Source: Chitinophaga pinensis
GTDB taxonomy: Bacteria; Bacteroidota; Bacteroidia; Chitinophagales; Chitinophagaceae
DNA: 64,000 nucleotides
NCBI GenBank assembly: GCA_945902975.1
Contig: CAMDNL010000001.1
Span: forward strand, 247-64,246
Direction: 5' to 3'
This document shows, piece by piece, positions 57,283 to 64,000 of this stretch (its first letter is position 1; the number at the start of each line of letters is the position of its first letter). The position numbers were made by a program, and so were the translations under genes. The notes beneath the pieces are model-generated. The model was not told where the DNA came from and searched no databases. It saw only the letters and a list, made by a program, of their open reading frames with translations.

Positions 57283-58650
57283 ATGAACGCATGGAAAGCA
57301 TTTCAAGAAGCAAATAAGGATCGTTTTTTACAAGAGTTATTGGATTTATTACGCATCCCTAGTGTTAGCGCAAAGTCCGAACACAATGGGGATATGCAAG
57401 CTTGTGCAAAAGCAGTGGCAACATCTTTGACAGATGCAGGAGCGCAAATTGCAACCATTTATGAAACAGAAGGACATCCTATTGTTTATGGAGCAATTAT
57501 TGTTGATCCAAGTTTTCCAACAGTCTTAGTATACGGACATTACGATGTGCAACCTGCTGATCCTCTGGAATTATGGCATAGTGGCCCATTTGAACCAACA
57601 ATTATTGATGGGAAAATTTTTGCCCGAGGTGCTTGCGATGACAAAGGACAGTTTTACATGCACGTAAAGGCTTTGGAGATGATGACCAAGACCAATACCA
57701 TGTGCACTAATATTAAATTCGTGATAGAAGGTGAGGAAGAAATTGGAAGTCCAAATTTAGCCAGTTTCGTAAAAGCGAATAAAGACTTGTTAAAAGCAGA
57801 TGTGATATTAATTAGCGATACCGCAATGATTAGTATGGACAACCCTTCTATCGATATTGGTGTGAGAGGATTAAGTTATATAGAAATAGAAGTGACTGGA
57901 CCAAATAGAGATTTACATAGTGGTGTGTATGGAGGTGCAGTAGCGAATCCTATTACAATCTTATCAAAAATGATTGCCGCTTGTCATGACGAAAATAACC
58001 ATATCACCATCCCTGGATTTTATGATGACGTGATAGAATCAACCCCTTCTGAGCGCGCAAAAATGGCAGAAGCACCTTTTGATTTAAATGAGTTTAAGCA
58101 AGACTTAGGCATTGCCAATGTATGGGGTGAAAAAGGATATAGTACGAATGAAAGAACAGGTATCAGACCAACACTCGAAGTCAATGGCATTTGGGGCGGC
58201 TACACAGGAGAAGGCGCAAAAACAGTTTTACCTTCCAAAGCATTTGCTAAAATTTCATGCAGGTTAGTGCCAAATCAATCTTCTACAATCATCACAGAGA
58301 AAGTATTGAATTATTTTAAATCCATTGCGCCAGATAACGTAACTGTGACTGCATTTGAGCATCATGGTGGCGAACCCTATATCACACCTATTGATTCTCA
58401 CGAATATCAAAGTGCGGCAAAAGCAATTGCAACCACATTTGGTAAAGAGCCTATTCCAGTTCGAGGCGGTGGAAGTATTCCAATCTGTTCACTATTCGAA
58501 CAAGAACTTGGATTGAAAATTGTATTCATGGGATTTGGTTTAGATAGTGACAATTTACATAGCCCAAATGAAAAATACGATATCGTGAATTTTTATAAAG
58601 GCATTGAAACCATCCCTTATTTTCATCAATTTTTTGCCGAAAAAAAATAA
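57283..58650 (+). CDS. M20-family dipeptidase
   Basis: YGHYDVQP, RGACDDKGQ, EGEEEIGS, DLHSG and HSPNE. Confidence 0.94.
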   Translation: MNAWKAFQEANKDRFLQELLDLLRIPSVSAKSEHNGDMQACAKAVATSLTDAGAQIATIYETEGHPIVYGAIIVDPSFPTVLVYGHYDVQPADPLELWHSGPFEPTIIDGKIFARGACDDKGQFYMHVKALEMMTKTNTMCTNIKFVIEGEEEIGSPNLASFVKANKDLLKADVILISDTAMISMDNPSIDIGVRGLSYIEIEVTGPNRDLHSGVYGGAVANPITILSKMIAACHDENNHITIPGFYDDVIESTPSERAKMAEAPFDLNEFKQDLGIANVWGEKGYSTNERTGIRPTLEVNGIWGGYTGEGAKTVLPSKAFAKISCRLVPNQSSTIITEKVLNYFKSIAPDNVTVTAFEHHGGEPYITPIDSHEYQSAAKAIATTFGKEPIPVRGGGSIPICSLFEQELGLKIVFMGFGLDSDNLHSPNEKYDIVNFYKGIETIPYFHQFFAEKK

Positions 58651-58656
58651 GGACAG

Positions 58657-59052
58657 ATGCCTGCGCCAGAACTAAAGAAAGAAAAATTAAGACTCGATAA
58701 ATATTTGTGGTCTATCCGCGTATTCAAGTCAAGAAGCATGGCTACAGAAGCCATTGAGAAAGGCCGTGTGAAGTTAAATGGAGAAAATGTAAAAGCCTCT
58801 CGCAATGTGGTTATTGGAGATATCTACGAGGCAAGAACAGAACATAAGAACTGGATATTAAAAGTGACCCAACTACTAGATGGCCGATTGGCCTATGCAG
58901 AAGCTATTAAATACTATGAAGACTTAACCCCGGTAGAAGAATTAGAGCGCGTGAGGCAGGTTGCAGCTACGTTTCAAACTGGTAAGCGCTTGAGTAAGAT
59001 TGGGCGACCTACTAAAAAGAACCGCCGTGATTTAGGCGATTTTTTGGACTAA
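58657..59052 (+). CDS. hslR: Ribosome-associated heat shock protein Hsp15 (S4 domain)
   Basis: RLDKYLWSIRVFKSRS and GRPTKKNRR. Confidence 0.9.
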   Translation: MPAPELKKEKLRLDKYLWSIRVFKSRSMATEAIEKGRVKLNGENVKASRNVVIGDIYEARTEHKNWILKVTQLLDGRLAYAEAIKYYEDLTPVEELERVRQVAATFQTGKRLSKIGRPTKKNRRDLGDFLD

Positions 59053-59059
59053 TCTCAAT

Positions 59060-59067
59060 TATCTTTG
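59060..59067 (+). promoter_or_regulatory. -7 promoter element TATCTTTG for trmD
   Basis: TAnnTTTG 4 nt before ATG 59072. Confidence 0.65.
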
Positions 59068-59071
59068 TAGC

Positions 59072-59755
59072 ATGACCATTGAAATTCTAACAGTACTCCC
59101 AGAGCTTCTTGAAAGCCCATTTGCGCATAGTATTATGAAGCGTGCACAAGAACGCGGGCATCTTCATATCAAGTTGCATCAACTAAGAAACTGGGCCATT
59201 AATAAACACGGACAGGTGGATGACTACCAATACGGAGGCGGTGCAGGGATGGTGATTATGTGTGAACCACTCGCCAATGCCATTGACGATTTACAAAAAG
59301 AAGGCGGTGCATTTGATGAAATCATTTTTGTCACACCTGATGGGAAAAGATTCGATCAAAAAGACGCCAACACTTTATCCTTAAAAAATAGAATCCTGAT
59401 TATTTGTGGACATTATAAAGGCATTGATCAAAGAATTAGAGACTTATATGTAACTCAAGAAATTTCTATTGGAGACTATGTTTTGAGTGGAGGAGAATTG
59501 GCTGCTGCTGTCATTGTAGATGCAGTAGGCAGATTGATTCCTGGTGTATTAAATGACGAAACCTCTGCATTAACAGATTCTTTTCAGGATAATTTATTAG
59601 CTCCACCCGTATTTTCTAGGCCGGCAGACTTCCGTGGATTAACTGTCCCTGAGGTATTGCTACAAGGTGACCCAAAGAAGGTGGATCAATGGAGATCAGA
59701 GCAGGCATTGATTAGGACCAAGCAAAGAAGACCGGATATACTTGACTCTGAATAA
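59072..59755 (+). CDS. trmD: tRNA (guanine-N1)-methyltransferase
   Basis: VDDYQYGGGAGM, CGHYKGIDQR and SIGDYVLSGGE. Confidence 0.97.
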   Translation: MTIEILTVLPELLESPFAHSIMKRAQERGHLHIKLHQLRNWAINKHGQVDDYQYGGGAGMVIMCEPLANAIDDLQKEGGAFDEIIFVTPDGKRFDQKDANTLSLKNRILIICGHYKGIDQRIRDLYVTQEISIGDYVLSGGELAAAVIVDAVGRLIPGVLNDETSALTDSFQDNLLAPPVFSRPADFRGLTVPEVLLQGDPKKVDQWRSEQALIRTKQRRPDILDSE

Positions 59756-59869
59756 GCAATAATCTTACTCAAAGCCTCAATAGTTCATTAAAACTTCTTA
59801 TTTTCCACTTATAATAATCCTTATTGATTATCTCTAAATCATTGGATATTTGCAGTCCAATATGATTCA

Positions 59870-62086
59870 ATGAATAGAATATCGCTCATCCTGCTCCTAC
59901 TTACTTTAAACCTCTTTTGGCTAGATGGCAAAGCGCAAATCAATGCCAATGTGCAGCAAGAATTTCAGTTGACGATTCAGCCTACAAAAGGACCCATTAA
60001 ATTGGATGGCATTTTGGATGAACCTGCATGGAATACAGTGGAAGCGGTTAGTCAGTTTAACAAAAAATTCCCGAATGATATTGGCGCACCAAAAAAACAA
60101 ACCGAGGTAAAATATTTATACGATGATAAAAATTTATATTTTGCCTTCAAAGTATATGATAGCGGCACGGCCATTATCAGAAGTTTAAAAAGAGATATTG
60201 GACATGATGGAAACGATGGAGTAGCAGTTGTTCTAGATCCCTTGAATCAAAAGACAAACGGATTTTATTTTGTTGTAAGTGCATTGAATGTGCAATCAGA
60301 AGATCAGTTGACAGGGAGTAGTGACGGAGGAATCAGTTATAGCTGGGATACTAAGTGGTTTTCGATGACTAAAGATTATGGTAATTATTGGATTGCCGAA
60401 ATAGCCATCCCCTTAAAATCTATTCGTTATAATTCAGAAAATAAAAATTGGGGCGTCAACTTTGTACGAATCGACGCTAAGAATTTCGAGTATAGTACAT
60501 GGACTAGAATTGGACCAAATTTTAAATCTTACGATCTTGGTTATACAGGATTGATGAAGTGGCCTACCAATCCGCCAGCGAGTAATAACAATGTAATTCT
60601 GTTGCCCTATTTAACAGGTGGCATTAGCGAAGATAAATCAACCAGCAAGATCGAAACAACTGGCAATGTTGGCTTTGATGCTAAAATCGCCTTGAATTCT
60701 TCTTTAAATTTAGATCTAACAGTCAATCCCGACTTCTCACAAGTAGAGGTAGATAACCAAGTGACTAACTTAACCAGGTTTAATATTTTCTTACCAGAGC
60801 GAAGGGCCTTCTTCTTAGAAAATGCGGATCTATTTGCTGGATTTGGCATCCCGCCAATTCGTCCATTCTATTCGAGAACCATTGGCTTAGATAAAGAAGG
60901 TAATAAAATTCCTATCCTATTTGGCGCAAGGCTTTCTGGTAATTTATCACCTGATGTAAGGATTGGTGCCATGAATATGCAAACAGGAAGAAAAGGCAAT
61001 TATGCACCTGAAAATTTTTCTGCTTTTACATGGCAAAAAAGAGTTTTGAAAAGATCTATGGTTAAGGGCTATTTTTTAAACCGTGAAAATTTTATTTCGG
61101 TAGAGGAAGAAAAAAAGAATCCACTGGACAAGTATGGACGAAATGCTGGGATTACATTTGAGTATTCCAATCCAGCGGGAAGTTTTAGTTACTGGGCCAA
61201 TTACAATCAATCCATGAAACCTACTATCAAAGACTTAAATAATTATGCAGAAGCTGGATTAAGTTATAATGGACGAAATTTTGGTTTTGTGTTAGACTTA
61301 GCCAATGTGGGAAAGAATTACTACACTGATATGGGATTCGTGCAAAGGATAAGCAATTACGATGCAGAGAGAGATACGAGTATTCGAATTGGATTTAAAC
61401 ATATTTTTTCTGAAATCAGTTATACATTAATGCCAGCGAAAGGTAAAATTGGCAAGATGGAACTTACAACTCAGAATTTTATAGTTTTCAATCCAGACAA
61501 TAGTTTCAATGAACTTGAAAGTACTGTACAAGTAAGGACCGATTTAAAAAACGCATCTAGTTTTAATTTAGGCTTAAGTAATAATATTACCAACCTGCTT
61601 TTTCCAACAAGCTTTACAGACGGCACACCGCTGCCAGCTGCTCAATATCAATATGCACAATTTGGAATGGGCTATAATTCAGATACTAGAAAACTTTTTG
61701 GATGGAGTACAGACCTTAATTTTGGACAATTTTATAATGGGACAGTTCAAAGTTTTAGAGTAGGTGTCAATTGGAGAAATCAGCCACATTTGAGTTTACG
61801 ATTAAATGCGCAATTTAATAATATACAGCTTCCTGGCATATATGGAAGTACTAAATTATTGCTTATTGCACCTAGAATAGAATACAATTTTAATACCAAA
61901 TTATTCTGGACCACTTTTATTCAATACAATACACAGAGCAATAATTTTAACATCAATAGTAGGTTACAATACCGCTATAAACCAATGAGCGACTTCTTTT
62001 TAGTGTACACAGATAATTATTTTACAGATCCTTTATTTAAAAGTAAGAATAGAGCGCTTATCTTTAAGCTCAGTTATTGGTTTTAA
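59870..62086 (+). CDS. DUF5916 outer-membrane protein with N-terminal CBM9/DOMON-like domain
   Basis: Signal peptide, IKLDGILDEPAW, AEIAIP, TVNPDFSQVEVD, PERRAFFLEN and C-terminal SYWF. Confidence 0.85.
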   Translation: MNRISLILLLLTLNLFWLDGKAQINANVQQEFQLTIQPTKGPIKLDGILDEPAWNTVEAVSQFNKKFPNDIGAPKKQTEVKYLYDDKNLYFAFKVYDSGTAIIRSLKRDIGHDGNDGVAVVLDPLNQKTNGFYFVVSALNVQSEDQLTGSSDGGISYSWDTKWFSMTKDYGNYWIAEIAIPLKSIRYNSENKNWGVNFVRIDAKNFEYSTWTRIGPNFKSYDLGYTGLMKWPTNPPASNNNVILLPYLTGGISEDKSTSKIETTGNVGFDAKIALNSSLNLDLTVNPDFSQVEVDNQVTNLTRFNIFLPERRAFFLENADLFAGFGIPPIRPFYSRTIGLDKEGNKIPILFGARLSGNLSPDVRIGAMNMQTGRKGNYAPENFSAFTWQKRVLKRSMVKGYFLNRENFISVEEEKKNPLDKYGRNAGITFEYSNPAGSFSYWANYNQSMKPTIKDLNNYAEAGLSYNGRNFGFVLDLANVGKNYYTDMGFVQRISNYDAERDTSIRIGFKHIFSEISYTLMPAKGKIGKMELTTQNFIVFNPDNSFNELESTVQVRTDLKNASSFNLGLSNNITNLLFPTSFTDGTPLPAAQYQYAQFGMGYNSDTRKLFGWSTDLNFGQFYNGTVQSFRVGVNWRNQPHLSLRLNAQFNNIQLPGIYGSTKLLLIAPRIEYNFNTKLFWTTFIQYNTQSNNFNINSRLQYRYKPMSDFFLVYTDNYFTDPLFKSKNRALIFKLSYWF

Positions 62087-62107
62087 TTCACAACACTAAG
62101 CAATACA

Positions 62108-63739
62108 ATGCAGACAGCTACCATTCAAGGTCAGTACGTTGACATTCTAGATAAACGTATTTATCCAGCAATACTAAGTATTGAAGATGGTAGGATTGTA
62201 TCCATCACCGAATGCGATGAAGCACCGAATCAATTTATTTTACCAGGTTTTATAGACAGTCATGTACATATTGAAAGTAGTATGCTTATACCCAGCTCCT
62301 TTGCTAGACTAGCTGTGGTTCATGGGACGATTGGTACGATTAGTGATCCGCATGAGATTGCAAATGTATGTGGTTTAGAAGGCGTGCAATACATGATTGA
62401 CAATGGGAAAAAAGTACCATTTCATTTTTTCTTTGGTGCGCCAAGCTGCGTTCCTGCCACATCATTTGAAACAGCCGGTGCGGTAATTGATAGTGTCGAT
62501 ATAGCAAAGCTCTTAGCTTCTCCAGATATTTATTATTTAAGTGAGATGATGAACTTCCCTGGTGTCCTGCATCAGGACGCAGAAGTGATGCAAAAAATAA
62601 AAGCGGCACACGCCATTGGCAAGCCCATTGACGGCCATGCCCCTGGGCTAATGGGTGATTTAGCAAAACAATATATAGCAGCTGGGATTAGCACCGACCA
62701 CGAATGTTTCACCATCGAGGAAGCGGTAGATAAATTAAGTTTTGGAATGCATATTTTAATTCGTGAAGGAAGTGCAGCCAAAAATTTTGAAGCTTTGTAT
62801 GAGTTGATAGATGACCATCCTAAAAAAGTCATGTTGTGTAGCGATGACAAACATCCTGATAGTTTATTAGAAGGTCATATTAACCAATTATGTGCTAGAG
62901 CAGTCGCTAAAGGAATAAACGTATTCAATGTATTAAGAGCAGCATGTATTAATCCAGTCATCCATTATCAATTACCAACTGGATATGCAAGGGTCAATGA
63001 TCCTGCAAACTTAATATTGGTAGAAAACCTGCAAGATTTTAAAGTCATTGAAACCTATATCAATGGGCAATTAGTAGCTCAGAATGGGCACTCATTGATC
63101 GAGCCTATTCAAGCAACAGCCATCAATCAATTCAATGCGCACCCAATAGCTTTATCAGACCTTCAATTACCTGCTGCAACTTATCCAAGCAAGGACGGTA
63201 TGGTTCCTGTGATACATGCGATAGATGGGCAATTGATTACGAATTTAGTATGGGCTGAACCGACTATCAAAGACAATGCAATTGTTGCAGATATAGAAAA
63301 AGATATTTTAAAAGTGGTGGTATACAATCGTTATCATGCAGCTAAACCAAAAATAGGACTAATACAGTCATTTGGATTTAAATCTGGCGCTATCGCTTCT
63401 ACCGTGGCGCACGATAGTCACAATATCATTGCAGTTGGTGTAGATGACGAAAGTATTTTAAAAGCAATCAACTTAGTGGTACATGAAAAAGGAGGCATTA
63501 GTTGTGTGCAAGGGGAATCGTCTAAAGTCATAGGGCTTCCTGTTGCAGGATTAATGAGTACTGCTGACCCTTATCAAGTTGCCAATGAGTACATAGAAAT
63601 AGACAAAATGGCCAAATCATTAGGGACGCAACTTGGGTCACCCTTTATGACCCTTAGTTTTATGGCTTTACTAGTCATTCCACATATTAAAATGAGTGAT
63701 CTTGGGCTTTTTGATGGAGACCAGTTTAAATTATATTAA
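62108..63739 (+). CDS. ade: Adenine deaminase
   Basis: PGFIDSHVHIESS, DPHEIANV, DGHAP, TDHE, REGS and HDSHN. Confidence 0.96.
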   Translation: MQTATIQGQYVDILDKRIYPAILSIEDGRIVSITECDEAPNQFILPGFIDSHVHIESSMLIPSSFARLAVVHGTIGTISDPHEIANVCGLEGVQYMIDNGKKVPFHFFFGAPSCVPATSFETAGAVIDSVDIAKLLASPDIYYLSEMMNFPGVLHQDAEVMQKIKAAHAIGKPIDGHAPGLMGDLAKQYIAAGISTDHECFTIEEAVDKLSFGMHILIREGSAAKNFEALYELIDDHPKKVMLCSDDKHPDSLLEGHINQLCARAVAKGINVFNVLRAACINPVIHYQLPTGYARVNDPANLILVENLQDFKVIETYINGQLVAQNGHSLIEPIQATAINQFNAHPIALSDLQLPAATYPSKDGMVPVIHAIDGQLITNLVWAEPTIKDNAIVADIEKDILKVVVYNRYHAAKPKIGLIQSFGFKSGAIASTVAHDSHNIIAVGVDDESILKAINLVVHEKGGISCVQGESSKVIGLPVAGLMSTADPYQVANEYIEIDKMAKSLGTQLGSPFMTLSFMALLVIPHIKMSDLGLFDGDQFKLY

Positions 63740-63785
63740 TTTTATAGCATTGGCATTTTCGAAATAAAACAATTAAAACATTTAT

Positions 63786-64000
63786 ATGGTCATTGACTTA
63801 AGCAAGCATCATAGTTTACTAAATCATTGGGTAGCAGAATTGAGAGATGTGCATGTGCAAAATGATAGAATGCGTTTTAGAAGAAATATAGAACGTATAG
63901 GAGAAGTGGCTGCCTATGAATTAAGCAAGACCTTGCGTTTTAAATCCGTTGATGTCACTACCCCATTAGGCATCGCCTCTACTTCATTGCTAGAAGAACA
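63786..64000 (+). CDS. upp: Uracil phosphoribosyltransferase, 3'-truncated by the window edge (absent from the ORF track)
   Basis: Manual translation gives MVIDLSKHHSLLNHWVAELRDVHVQNDRMRFRRNIERIGEVAAYELSK...VTTPLG. Follows ade. Confidence 0.9.
   Translation, partial: MVIDLSKHHSLLNHWVAELRDVHVQNDRMRFRRNIERIGEVAAYELSKTLRFKSVDVTTPLGIASTSLLEE

Noticed and set aside
1-64000. Mobile elements, prophage, defence systems, tRNA or rRNA genes
   Set aside because: No transposase, integrase, phage or nuclease motifs were seen, and no intergenic stretch showed a tRNA cloverleaf or rRNA sequence.

Overview
AT-rich Bacteroidota chromosome segment. Gene content, protein style and TAnnTTTG promoters suggest a small-genome Chitinophagaceae member, which is an inference. 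Positions 1-20.9 kb are an accessory carbohydrate locus. It holds an MFS sugar transporter, a PfkB kinase and a GH13_4 amylosucrase-like enzyme on the + strand. Facing them are a LacI-flanked susC-susD pair, two ~1100-aa FG-GAP/VCBS + ASPIC/UnbV lipoproteins, a PP-tailed leader-like protein, a vanadium haloperoxidase/PAP2-type lipoprotein and an outer-membrane barrel gene broken by one in-frame TAA. A structured 82-bp-period tandem hairpin array with embedded mini-ORFs sits between susD and the first ASPIC gene. The rest is mostly housekeeping: mnmE, exbB-exbD-exbD-tonB, a Zn metalloprotease, an ABC permease, a complete nuoA-N operon, TPR/PstS-like genes, hisS, rlmN, two pseudouridine synthases, rimM, rpsP, ffh, an LptF/G permease, a Tat-exported SOD, a CDF transporter, a dipeptidase, hslR, trmD, a DUF5916 protein, ade and partial upp. 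No rRNA, tRNA, CRISPR array or transposase was recognised. All calls come from reading motifs by eye; no database searches were run.
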